A DNA stretch of 64,000 nt from Takakia lepidozioides (GCA_030704615.1 CM060733.1:18662001-18726000); one strand, 5' to 3'. Positions 25,211 through 38,562 are shown, counted from the first letter of the stretch. The notes: generated by a model not told the origin, from the sequence alone. A program made the numbers and translations.

Positions 25211-25920
25211 TCAACGACTTTTCTTGTACGCATTCTTATCAAGATAGTTCATCAGTTTTCGAAACTTTGGATCCTCCATATTCTCTAGTGGAGCCCCGAA
25301 TCTCTCCGAACCAACATATGTGGCAACGGACATTGCTCGCGACAATCCGAGGAGATATTTCTCAAGTTTCTTCAATAAGCATTTGTCCTTTGCAATTGTT
25401 TCAAAGGTTGGAGGGTAAATGCATGACCACGTGGGATTAACAACACACTTTGTTGGACTATCATCAACAAGGAGAGTATTGACCTCATCATATCGACCTG
25501 GGTACTTCTCCCACACTTTCCTACGAGGCTTAAGAAACATAGATGAATGATCTGTTTGATTTTGTCTTGCCTTGTACTAAGGATCAGTATTTGGGGGGCA
25601 GACTATGCAGTCGTTCTGAGTCATAACAAAAACAGGTTGTGGCAGACCTTCAAAAAGTCTCTTAACAATAGGCATGAGGTTTCAGAGCATCATGCAACTC
25701 CAGATAGCTAGATCAAATGAACCACTTAATGAACGCCAGACTTGATCATAACGTTCACGTCAATAGACCAATTTCTTGCCAATAACTAAGGGCTGTTTGA
25801 AATGTTTGCTTGCACTGGAATGTTTCTTCACAACAATACCCTCCTCAATTTTCTCTGTGCGGCAAAGCACACCGTTCAAGTCAAATATAATCAACATTTA
25901 TTTTTGGACACTCTGTATCT
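25211..25920 (-). pseudogene. FCP1/SCP (NIF) HAD phosphatase-like domain #2
   Basis: MLIIFDLNGVLCRT..FDLAIWSCM..MFLKPRRKVWEKY..NTLLVDDSPTKCVVNP..IYPPTF; in-frame stops present. Confidence 0.82.
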
Positions 25921-26330
25921 CGCCAAGAGGTCGCTGAGGCTCATTCTGGTGAAATCAGAGAGTTGCAACCCCGAAACAAACGAGTTAGCAAGAAGATACA
26001 CAATTATTGTAATAACCATTCAATAATACGAAGGCAACTAAGCACAATTATTTATACTGTACATATACACACATGGGTCTGGCTCCGAAATCAAAGAACC
26101 ACAACATAATATAATGTTCTTGAATCATTGGGGCCAATGGACAAAATGTTATAGTTTTGGGTCTCACTGCTATATCAAGAGTGGATAAAAGATGACACTA
26201 AAGAGTTATCCATAAGTGTACGTATCACATTGGGTCATATGATGTAATTAACTTTGTTATGTGTTTGAGAATTCAATACTTCGGAACATGTTTTGAAGTC
26301 CACACATCTAGAAAAATTGTAGAGTGAAGT

Positions 26331-29300
26331 TCATATAGTGTAGTAGCACTTTACCATATTTGGAGATGTTTCACCCTGCTCATTGCTCATCTCCTTGATC
26401 TGCTGCTGTTGAGGTTGATTTGGAATGATTGGGGGAATTCCCTGCTCCTGGAGCCTTTTTTGTGTTATCTCTTGGATCTGTGACAACATCTGCAGTGCAT
26501 GTGCTGCTCCAGTGCTGTGTGTCTGTAGTGACAACGGGCTAAGGACTGCGTTGGAGCTTGATTAACGTTGGTAATCACAGCATGACTTGTCACTTCCACT
26601 TGGGTCTGAGTTGTCTGATGTAACTCTGAGGGTGATTGCGACATAGTGATCTCCCTCGTTTCTTAGAGTTGAACGTAGAACACACAATTATATTCATGAA
26701 GATTAATAGTTACAAAAGATGGATATCAAACATGTAATCAAATAGTTTACCAAGGAATGTACTATTCAAATTTATTGCAGACATTCATATCAACGGTTTT
26801 CAACAATGTCTCATCATCTACCCATTCATAGTGTTTCCCGATCAGAGATGTTACGTACTTCATTCACTTTCCCAGTAGACGATCATTCTCTACGCCTCTT
26901 CGTGGGGATGGGAGATTGAAAATCCAGAGGCCTATCACTAGCTGCAGGAACAAAACCCCTATCATCTTGCTCAGCCTCTACATCATCTAAGGCATTTGTT
27001 TCCTCTGGACGTGGGGATATTAGACCCCTCCCAAGTACCGCACCCATTATTGACTGGACACGATAAGTCGGAATGGCATGTGGGACAGGCTCAAGAAACT
27101 GCACTGTTGGTGGGCGATCACCATCATCATTGTGAAGAGCCACATCCAAGACATCAACAAACTCTGTCATGGTATTTTCCGGGACCTGCACATCAGACGC
27201 AATTGGATCTACCAGATTCACCAGATTGGCCTAATGACCCGTGGCATCGTAATCCAGCATCAGATTCATAGACCCAAGTTTCAAATTCCTCTCAAACGAC
27301 AATAATTTCTCGTTATTTTCCTCGTTATGAGGACTACTAGTACCATCACCAATACCACCAATACTTGGACCTCGGGTGGCACTGTCTTCTGTGATTTGAG
27401 CTGAGACTCTTCTGACCACATCGTCTTGTGGTTCCTTACTATTAGTCATATGTTGATTGTCTTCGTCTGACACGCTGGAATCTGAAACATCCACTATGGG
27501 ATTGATTGTGCTAAGGATAATAGGGTTCAGTGGTGGATCACGCCCTCCATGTTGACTCCCAGCGGTGCTATGTTGGCCTTCAGTTGGACCTTTCCCTTTC
27601 TCTTGAAGCGTTAAGTAACGAAACTCTGCCTCTACCTTCTGTTTGCATACCACCTTTTGGTCGTGGGAGTTGAAGTCAAGAACGCGTACTTGAAGAGCCT
27701 GGTGACATGATGATTAACCGTGTCAGACAAAAGATACAAGCTAGAGACAGTGGAAAAATATTAAACATCCTACGCATGAATTATAAAATGACTTCGGACC
27801 TTGTTTCAAAGTCATCAACTAACAAAAATGAGATAAGTGAAAGAGAGCAAATATATAAAAATAAAGTGAAGAGATATAAAAAAAACTGTAACTCAGAATA
27901 TATTTATAATGACGCTAGCACTTACATGGAGATGACAAGAAAGTGCATGTCCTCCAAAAATATTGACCGCTGCCATTCCTGCCATGCAAAACGAAGAGGC
28001 GATGTACGCATAGGCAGAGCTGCGAAGCTCATGAGTGTAGGACTTCAAATTCAGCTCGCGGTCTGTAAATTCGTCATTTGTACCCCTCAAGACAGTCTGA
28101 ATTGGTTTGACTCTCAGACATCTGTCAATGTGCTCCTCTGGATGCACAAACTCTGTAGATGAGACCGGAAACACATAGTCCAGACAAAGATATGGTTCCG
28201 ACTTGCGTAATGACCCAAACTGGACTTTGTCAATCCTGTATTTCTTCTTGACCTCAAGCCATTTTTCTCTTTTATAGGGATTTGTATTGTCCTTTGTCCG
28301 CAATGGAAAACCAAAAACGTGCATGATGTCGTCAATTATAAACCTCATTTTCTTCATGTGCTCAATATAATTGGTCATGCTCTGAATAGACTTGTCTTGG
28401 CCCTTATAAAGGTGGCGAACAGTCAGCTTGCAACTGAGAAGCTTTTCCGCAATTTTCCCCAACTGCCGCCCAGATAGCCCCTGAATAGTCCTTAGCTGAG
28501 ACCTAGTCATTGGAACCTGTACACCTTTGCAAGGCTTCCCAATGTTATCGATAAGGCGTCCATCCTCCCATTTTTGGAATACCATTTTCCACTTCTCCCA
28601 CACTTCTTCCTCTGATAGAATGAGGACCATGGCCTCCTTCACAGAAATCTGCTCCATGATAACATGGACAGCTTGCATAAAATCCTGCGAGATGAACCAT
28701 ATTGTAAGGACACATCTCTACCATGTTCGATGAGCATTTGAAAAAACATAAGGTCAATGTTTTGCTTCTTACCACCCATTGAGCGCTTTCCGAGTGGCAG
28801 TGGGAATCATTATATTTTTTGGGTATGTTTTGTAGCTCATAAAATAATCTGCAATGTGTCACCTTCTCTGGAAATGTGATATTAAATTTTTGTGCCTTGT
28901 TTGGATCGTTTAGGAGTTTGGATATCTTCACTAGCCTCAGGACATCATTTGACCAAATGATCTTGGCCGGCCAAGTACTGTAGTATGTCTTCAACTCATC
29001 ATTGTCAACCTCATGAATAAGCTCCTGTAACCAACTCTAGAATGTTAGATCATGGACTTCGAAACAGAGGCCGAAGTGGGTGACTCAAAGACTTTGGAGG
29101 GGGAGGGTAACCGTACCTTGGCAGCAATTATGGTGTGTTGCCCACCAATCACAAAGAATTTTGCATTCTTCATCTCGTCCCAAGACTGTGGTTTGTTGGC
29201 CCAAACTTGACCGTCATTAGTATATTGGGGTAATGTAGACGGGATGCTTGGAATCGAGGACTCGGAGCTGGAACAATCTAGCCTTTACTTCATCCTTGTG

Positions 29301-30170
29301 CTTAAATGTTTAGTGGCCGATAAACCATTTGCCTCGGTGCTTGCTCCATGCTCAATATGGGAATATCATGGATTTCGTCAGACCCAAATGGAAACAAATC
29401 CCTGTAAAATTTGTTGAGCTCTTTTTCCATTTGCTCACATTTGTTTTTGTTGAAAATTTCACCAGGTTTTGGCTTCTTGTCGGTTGCAAATACATGGTCG
29501 AGTGGGGCTCTGGACTTTCTCTTAGACTTTGATGGTGTTTTTTCATCATCATCGTCTTCAATGGATGCTTCAGTGGTCGACTTTTTTTTTCGAGTGGTTT
29601 TTTTTTTCCTTTTGAGTTTGTTCGGGCTCCTGCTCATCTCTTTTCTTCTCATTCTCTTTTCCTAGAATAAAGAGGTGTCCCTGAAATCTGGACCACTCCA
29701 AAGTGAAAGTAGACTCACTTGGAACTGTTCCATCGCGTGGGAACTTAAACCCAGATTCCAACAACCCAGCCATGAGGCCTTTGTCCACATTTGTCGTCTT
29801 TGACGCATACCCAATGGTTCGTCCTTTCTGGTCCTCTTCTTGAAGAAATACCACCACATACGGATTATCAACATTAGGCTGGATCTCCACACCCAAAACA
29901 TGTGCGCATTCCATCTCCAAAGCCCCAGGCTCATCTTGTTCCGTATACATGAATCGAAAAACATGGGCCGGAGGATTTCCTCGCATATTAATTCCCCAAG
30001 AGGACACTTTGTCTGATAGATAGAATATTGAGTTATGCTCGGTTTGATATTATGGAGACTGTTCAAAAATAAACTCCCCAGCGATGTCATAAGTCATGAT
30101 GGGTTTGCATGCATCCGGACATTTCTTCCTGCAACATATCAAATAATTCTTTAAGCCACCAAGATTGAAC
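26331..30170 (-). pseudogene. Large multi-exon cargo gene: ParB/Srx-like domain plus degenerate amino-methyltransferase-like C-terminal segment
   Basis: IPILSM..VYRPLN..KPQSWDEMKNAKFFVIGGQHTIIAAK (29117-29158) resembles the ParB GxHR signature. YTHELRSSAYAYIASSFCMAGMAAVNIFGG (~27950-28040) resembles a beta-class N4/N6-MTase motif X/I. GT-AG introns at 29025-29116 and 27699-27925; several frameshifts and stops. Confidence 0.55.
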
Positions 30171-30444
30171 TGAAGGACTTCGAAACAGGGTCCGAAGTTG
30201 TTTCCATGTATTACAAATGGTGGGTACGAAATTCCAACTAATGAAAGAAGAATGAAACACCGTAATAGACACAAGAGTTAGGGGAGATCAAAATTGTTAT
30301 TTTGTGACATATGAAACATTTAATTCGATAATAACATCACATACAACATTGACATGTTGAGTAAACCCTCTCTGCAAATGTGAAAAGGTCTTTATCACTA
30401 ATGATGTACACTGGATGATGGCGACGTGGGTGGTGGCTATGAGT

Positions 30445-30810
30445 ATGGACTTCGTAACAGGGTCCGAAGTCCACCTCGTCAGAGATCTAACAGTAAAAAT
30501 GTTTAAGTTTAAAGTTATTGCGGATATATATGGATGATCTCCAAGTCCCTGTATATACAAAAAATACAAATACTTAACATGAATAAGAACGAGGATTCTA
30601 TAGATGTATCATCTGGTGGGGACTTCGTAACAGGGTCCGAAGTCCACCTCGTCAGAGATCTAACAGTAAAAATGTTAAGTTTAAAGTTATTGCGGATATA
30701 TATGGATGATCTCCAAGTCCCTGTAAATATAAAAAATACAAATACTTAACATGAATATTCAGTAGATGTATCATCTGGTGGGGACTTCGTAACAGGGTCC
30801 GAAGTCCAGA
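30445..30810. repeat. Tandem repeat (~162-173 bp period), each unit containing GGACTTCG-N10-CGAAGTCC
   Basis: Palindromes at 30449, 30622 and 30784, with near-identical flanks. Confidence 0.92.
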
Positions 30811-31139
30811 CAACTCAATTAACGATTGTAGGAACACTACATTTAGATATACAAGAACATTTGAATGCAATCTCTATAATATCTATAGATAGACTTGGAT
30901 ATAGGGTTTGAGGTCCATCACAAAAAGAGAGACAGGTAAACATAGGATCTCAGGACCTCTATAAATAAATATAAATATTTAGTCTGACCAAATTGCACCA
31001 ACTTATATATGAGTTTGCATTATGACATGACAACTATTAGTGATGGCAAGGTGGTGGTTCTGGTTCTCAGAATGGACTTCGTGACAGGGTCCGAAGTCCA
31101 CCGAGTCAGAGATCCGACTTGAAAATTTACTTCATTCCC

Positions 31140-31400
31140 TATATATATATATATATATATATCACATATTATTTTAAATATAATATAATATTTTTATGAA
31201 TTTAATATGAATAAATATGTATTATATAATATATGTACACATAAACAATATATACTGCATATATAATATATAATCTACATTATATATAACAGATAATATT
31301 TTAAAAATATGTATATATATATTTGATATTGATGTACATGATATATATATATATATTATGTTTTTAATATATTTATAAATATATAATTAACATTCTATTT
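31140..31400. repeat. (AT)n-rich low-complexity tract
   Basis: TA dinucleotide runs in a very AT-rich block. Confidence 0.9.
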
Positions 31401-33399
31401 AGAACTAGTATATGAGATCCCAATCCGAATGTTGAATGTGCTCCAAGAGCCATTGATATCTATGTTTCAATATAAATTCGATATGTAGATTTGTTCTTGA
31501 ATTCGGGGTTTCAAGGTTTCAGACCAAATTCATGCCACAACATGTATATGAAACAGTGATCGTGTGCTAAATGCCACACCGTTTCAGACTGTGTTATGAT
31601 ACAGAAAGAATTAACAAACTTGAATCATGTATTTGTTCTGCGGGAGATGTTGTATTTGCTTAGACCATCCGCACTGTGTTCACAAACATAGATATCTGTG
31701 AATATTATTTGTATATGCCATCACCAATGTTGGTGTTCAATGATGGAGAAAGAGCCTCAAGGTATTTGACAAAGAAAAAGAGATTCTGAAGAGAAAGAGG
31801 ATTGAGAGAGGGAGAGAGAGAGAGATAGCACGAACCTAAGCTGAAAATCGTTAAAAAAAATTATAAACAGAGAATTTCTCACCTACTTGAGCTACTGGAG
31901 CCCGTCATGCTTGCGGGCTGGTCCCCGCTCCTCCCTACTCGCAGCTATGTCTGCTGGGGTTCCTGAAACCAAACTTACCCTCCCAAGTACGTTGTAAACA
32001 CCTAGTCCAAGAAATACCAAATCGTCATAGCCAAATCGTGACATCTACAAGAAGAGTCATAGCCCGCAGCTGCTTTGAGGTTGATGGCTACGGCTGCTGG
32101 CCATGGCTGCTGGCCATGGGTTGCTGCTCTTCTAAGACCAAGTTGAACTTCTCAATACCTTGTAAACAACAAGGAAAAACCACATTGTGATACCTACATG
32201 AAGAGCCAAAAACCGCAACTTGCTTCCTCCGGCAAGCTGCTGGCTGCAACTGCTGGTCTAATCTCCTAATACCAACTTGACCCTAACTTAGAAACACCAA
32301 GCTTGACACCGCTCCCAAGTACCTTGTAAACGCCAAGCTCGTGAAATACCAAGCACGCCAAGCACGCCAAACGACACGGTCCAGCCAACTTATTAATCGT
32401 TCGAAACAGGAAGAGTCATCTTTAACCCGCCGCTGGTTTTCATCGTTGTTCGCAGGCTGGTTGCAGCTCGTCTCTATAACATAAGGAACATTCAAACTAA
32501 CACTAACAATCTCTAACAAATAAATTTCATTTGGATCATGACCTGAAACAAAATTTCTCTCTAACGCTAATTCTCCACCCTATAAATCTCTCTAACACTA
32601 ATACTCCAGACTTGCCTTGCAAATCTAAGGTACTCTCCTTGCTCACAAAGATTCTACGCTCACATTTCGCTCGCTCCACGCTCTCACTGTCTCCCTCACA
32701 CAGCCCGATCGAGCAGCTTGGCTGAAAACAAAAACCAAGAGAGAGAGAGAGAGAGAGAGCTCTCTCTTTCACGATATAGACTTGGCAAATCGCTCCTCTT
32801 CCTCACCATCGGATCGGTTGTGGCATTTTTCCTTGGATGGAAAGAATGGATGTAGGGTGGATAGTCCATCCATCCAAATCCATAACTAGCTACTTTGGGG
32901 GCCCTGCAAAATCCATTATGGCGGGTAAGCAGCGCCTCCAAAAACACATTATGGGTCCATTAATGTGAGGATAAAGTGCAGATCTTGCCCCCCTAGTGGT
33001 TTGGGGCTCAATTCCTTTTGGCATGCACTCAATGGACATGGGTCGGGATCGTGCACATTAAGAGGATAAAAAATGGACCTCCACACATCCGCGGATTTTG
33101 ATTGGGCCGTCATCTATACATGGCCGAATTCATCCATCATGACCAATATTTCATCCAGGTTATGGTGAAGTAATCACCATTTTGACCTTGATTAGTTTGA
33201 TTAGTTCAATAAATTCGATCCCCATTAGGCTAGATAAATTTGATTAAATGTGGTATATGCATAAAGATCATATTCTCAAATTCATTTTATTTTCTTCTTT
33301 GAAAACAAAAAGATGAAGTGGCAGAGCTCAAAATTGAGGCTCTTTACAAGGGGCGGGGGAAGTAGGGGAGGGGATAAAATTGACCCTTAGTGACCGATC

Positions 33400-34050
33400 A
33401 GGATTTGAGCCTCAGACCATTGGCGTGACGTGCACCATATACTCAATTGTGTCACTTACCATTATGGCGGGCCCCCACGAGTAGTTATGGCGGACAAGGG
33501 GGTGGCTGCGTGGCGAGTTGAAGGGCATGTGGGGTCTTTCTAAATGTCTGCGCACACGTGGTAGCCTCATAATGGCCCAAATATGGATTCATATCTACTT
33601 TGCATGTGTAGGCCACATGGACACCTCATGATTTGAGCCTCAGACCAGTGGCCTGATGTGCACAATATATTGAATTGTGTCACTTACCATTATGGCGGGC
33701 CCCCACGAGTAGTTATGGCGGACAAGGGGGTGGCTGCGTGGTGAGCTGAAGGGCATGTGGGGTCTTTCTAAATGAATGTGCACACGTGGTAGCCTCATAA
33801 TGGCCCAAATATGGATTCATATCTACTTTGCATATGTAGGCCACATCGACACTTCAGGATTTGAGCCTCAGTGGCCTGATGTGCGCAATATATTGAGTCA
33901 TTTACCATTATGGCACGCCCCCATGAGTAATTATGGTGGACAAGGGCATGACTGCGCACACGTGGTAGCCTCATGTGGCCAAAATCCACATGCGCACATG
34001 TCGTAGCCTCATAATGGCCAAAATCCACTTTGCTTTGCATATGTAGGCTC
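33400..34050. repeat. 228-bp tandem repeat (about 3 units) in the divergent promoter region, each with a CACGTG G-box
   Basis: GATTTGAGCCTCAG at 33402, 33630 and 33858; CACACGTGGTAGCCTCA occurs three times. Confidence 0.9.
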
Positions 34051-34579
34051 TTTCATAATGTGCTCAAGATTGATTGAGCTAAAGGGGAGGTTGCAAACTC
34101 TCATATGTTTGCAACCGTGTGATCATGATTCTCCAACAATCGACGGCTAACATAGGTTGATCCCCGTCATAGCGTCCCCCACCTCTCTTGAAAGAACACG
34201 TTGTGACCTACACCAAACATCCCACATGTATAAATAAGAGGTCTCAGCTCATTTGCTTCTTTTCTTGCTCATCTTGTAATCATCCCGGAGCGCTCTCTCA
34301 TTCCCTCTTTCCACCCCACCCCTCTTCTCTTTGGTTCTCTTCATGGTCTCGCTCATTACTAGTGAGTGCTCTTTCCACCCCACCCTCTCTTCAGAATCGT
34401 CTCTCACTCCCCTCTCTTCAGACATTTCCTCACCCAATTACCCATTTTAAACTCTAGGAAGGTTCGTACCCTGTGCCGAAGTATCGCAGTGAAGAGAGAT
34501 TTAAATCTAGTATTCTTCATATAGTGTGTCATACTTCATCCATATTTATTAATCATCCATATTATTCCATCCATCCATT

Positions 34580-34760
34580 TGTTATCCATCTGGTAGCATT
34601 TCGTAATATGTTTCGAAGTTTAGTTTGAATAAATTTGTTAGTCGATCCATCCGGAGGTACTTCGTAACATGTTTCGAAGTTTGATATGAATATATTTGTT
34701 AGACGATCCATCCAGTGGTACTTCGTAACATGTTTCGAAGTTCAGTGTGAAAGACCTTGT
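34580..34760. repeat. 61-bp tandem repeat (3 units), each with A(C/T)TTCG-N10-CGAAGT
   Basis: Palindromes at 34598, 34659 and 34720. Confidence 0.9.
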
Positions 34761-35008
34761 TAGTTGACGATCCATCCGATGGATTTGTTGGTCATTGGTC
34801 ATTAGTTGTACTGAAGCTGTCACTGTTTGTGAACACTGATTGTCTAGACGAATCTCGAGGTAGGGCATTTGGGATTCCAATATTCACATTAATGTGTCCA
34901 AATATACCATCAAATAAAAATATCTAGTTCGGGAAGTTTACAAGGTGGAAGTTCGGACTGTGTTTCGAAGTCATTGTCATCCGTGAGAAGATTCTTGGTT
35001 CAGTCGAC

Positions 35009-38000
35009 ATGACTCTATTTAAAAGCGGAGATAGGGTGTCTCTATATCCTCGAGGGGGTGGTCAAGTTGTCGCTCTCGGTGATTGTTTAAATGTGTCTGG
35101 TAGTGGATCATGCCATGGCCTCCAGCTTACTTCATCGACAATTAGTGTCATTATTGTCAGCTGCTCAAACACAAATGATAGGACAAATCTCACATATCCT
35201 CATATGGGAGCAGATACGATTGAGGAGGCAATTGGAACGCCGGTTTGCTGGGATGTCCGAGATATTAAGCTTACCCAAGTCGACATTCAAATTGAATCTG
35301 AGTCTGGTGATGGAGTTCCTCGGAGACCTCAGACGGATAAGACAGACATGAAGAAGCTTGAAGAGGCCATGGGTCATCGTGGGAAACAAGATAGTTCTAC
35401 TCATGATTCATTTCCAAATGATCATATTTTGGGAAGAGACAAGTGGAGGAATATGATGTGTTGTCTTTTGGATAGAGAATCTGATTATCTCTATGAAGGG
35501 AGAATTCAAGTGTATTTTCCTGACGAAGTCGAGAGGACCATGTTGGTGTTATCATCACACGAGTTATAGGAGGGGATTCCGGATTGCTCATGTCAATTGT
35601 AAAGTGGCCTCTGAATCGGACAAAGTTGGTAGAGATAGGGATTATGCTCTCTGAGGCTCTTGAGCACTTTTATAGCTCCAACATTGATTCTGCGAATAAT
35701 GATGACTCTGCTCCAGGAATCCAAAAAGGTCCATATCGACTCTTCACCAGAATTGCCAGAGAGCCGGGATTACAGAATTCGAGGAAGTCCAAACGATTGT
35801 TGTCCCTTGAATCTGTTCGACAAGTGAATAGTAAGCCATGTTGTAAGCTAAAGTGTTGCCAACATTTTGATTGGAAAAAAACTCTTGCACTAAGGACAAC
35901 TTTATGGGCGTCAACGTTTGATTCTAGAAGAGAACTTGGATTTGATATTCCAAGGTGTCTTCACATTGTTCAGGGTTGCAAACGGAGGAGCTACATAACA
36001 ATCAGCGAAAAAGCATGGTGGACCATTTTTGGGTTTGGCCGTTCAACATAGATGAAGTACAAGAAGCTGAACAAAGAGGGTGTTATTACATCATTTCATG
36101 GGAACTCGGGGATGAAAAGGCCACGATCAAATACCCTCCAGGCTGAGGGAAACATTCTTTCAATCGTTAATGGGAATAGTGACTGCATGCCCCATAAATT
36201 GAGGAGCATTGGCAATGGGAGACGAGACACTTTGAGGATGCTTCCAGCTGATTTGAATTGGAGGAAAGTTCGTGTTCAGTCCAATGAGGTAAGTTTATTG
36301 AGCTCTCATTTGCTATCATTGACATTCTATATATACTACCACTTCCAACTTCGTTTCGATGTGACTGTCTTTCTCGATTTTCTTTCCCACACTACGTTAT
36401 GTTTCGGGATAATACTTAGAACATGTCGGCTCTATGTGAGTCCACGAGACGTAGGCGCCGGAACTTCTGTTTACTTTCTACCCGTTGGAGTCCCTTGACT
36501 CTTCTCATTCTGTTGTGCACTATTTCGGTACCAGATTAGGTGTTTTATCTCGTGGATTTAAAGTCATTCATCATATTTTATGTATTGATTCATTACCATT
36601 TTGGATGTAGGTCAATGGTATCCTTGGTCTTGCACCTGTTTCTAGTTTGACCATAAGTCGGATTCGAAAATGAGTTTTTTCAAATGTTGAAGTACGTAAG
36701 TGTGGGAGTACTTTTGCAAAATGCGCAGAGTGTGAGATGTTGAAGGATCTTATCAAAAAGTTTGTGAAGGAAAGTGATGATCAACTCAGCCATAAAAAAA
36801 CTTTAGACAAACATTTGAAGCATCAAGAGTCTTGTCGGAGGCTTTATCACAGCTGGAGAAATGAATCCGCTATGATGGGAAATGAATTTCTTTGCATCAT
36901 CCATGATAAAATGGATCACCGAAAGACGACTCTTCCACGTCTATAAACCACAAACAAGATGATATCAGGATTGGGTCAACTTCCAATTTCTTTGACTGGG
37001 ATGGTAACTCATGGACACGGAGATGGAGCATATGCCCAGTACTCGGTCGATTTGTGGCCTGGAGATCCGAATTTCACTATTGGTTCTGTTGCAAGATGTC
37101 TCCGCCAACTTGAGAAACCTACTTGCAAAAAATCAAGGAATATTTTGACCATCCATTCCAAAATGATTTTTTTGAGCAATTAATGTGGGGAAAGTCCAGA
37201 TGCGTAGATGCGTTGAAGCCGTTACATCCAGAAGCCCAAAAGGGACCGCGGCCATTGCCTCAGAGATTATATTTGCAGATGGATAATTGTGTGAAGGACA
37301 ACAAGAATAGGTGGATGTTGGCATTTCTTTCTTTGCTCACAACAAGGGGTGTATTCAAAGAAGTTCAATTGGGATTTCTGATGGTTGGTCATACGCACGA
37401 AGATATAGATGGATTTTTCAGCTATCTTTCAAAAAAATTGAAAGAGAATAGCACTTATGTCCTCTCAGATTTAATGAGACATTTCATGGTTTCTCAGGAA
37501 TTGCAGTTTATTCCACAAATCATTCAAGAAGTTCCTGACTTCAAGGAGTTTGTACATGGTCATATTATTGATGGAAAGGAGGCTCTTGTTGGAGCTACTT
37601 ATATGCATGTTTTTGGGTTTTACATGGATTCAGAAAATTGGCCTGTCATGCAATACAAGAAATCCGCGACCGATTCTGATTGGCTTCCAAAACAAGGTGC
37701 AATTAAAATGTGGAAAACTCTTGACGATAGATCTCCTTCACTCCCCGTGGGTGAGCCCAAGTCAGTGCCCATGAGACCAATTTGGGGAGACAACGAAGAT
37801 GCGGTGCAGAAGCAATCTATCATAAAATCCGGACTAAAAAAATATCTGGAGTTTTGGAGAAAGGGAATGAATATTGATGAGCACTATGGAACTGTCATGA
37901 AAAAGTATGATCAATATTGGACTAATATTCTGGAGGAGCTAGAGCTTCCACTTGAGGACCCAAAAGATACTGGTATTCTAGAAGGATTTTGGCCCTCTAC

Positions 38001-38562
38001 AAAATGGCGAGAAAGTCACATGAGAGATGGATTTAATGCTCACTCTGACGAATCAAGTGATCATGAAGTTGAGGAAATTGTTCCTTATTGTGGGCCAAGG
38101 TGTGATCGTCCAAAATAAGGTCTAAATCCGTACAAAGACATTGAAAAATGATTTTTTATCCTTGTTCGCCCTCATGATCCTAATACATATCCAGTTTGGT
38201 TGGGAATGCCATCATCCGATGTAGTTCGTGATAGAAAGAATATCAATTACAAAAAGGTCTTTGTTGAGTGGTGGAGACCAAAGAAGGGAGGTAATCCATC
38301 TGATTCGGAAAGGTACAGGGATTGTTGGATAAAGACTTGGGAATTCAACCCCGAAGATCCTCCACAGTGGATCCATGTTGACACCGTTGTTTGGACCATG
38401 CCCGCGAGAAAGAATACTACGAGGTCAAGCACAAAGCGGATAAGTGTCAAAGAGGCAGAGAAAGCGAAAGCTAATATCGATAAAGCGAATTTCCAATGCG
38501 ACGCGGAAACAAGTTCTTTGCGTAATTTCAAACAATCTGAAGACATTAACCATGATGTATGA
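35009..38562 (+). pseudogene. Sola-like (DUF7869-type) DDE transposase, decayed, intron 36289-36610
   Basis: CCKLKCC, HGNSG, FAKCAEC, CIIHDKMD, LYLQMDNCVKDNKNRW and FLMVGHTHEDIDGFFS; GT-AG intron; multiple stops and frameshifts. The superfamily assignment rests on recalled motifs. Confidence 0.8.

Noticed and set aside
30445-31100. CRISPR-like array of palindromic repeats
   Set aside because: The intervening sequences are near-identical duplicates of 140-150 bp rather than unique spacers, no cas genes are present, and the context is eukaryotic.
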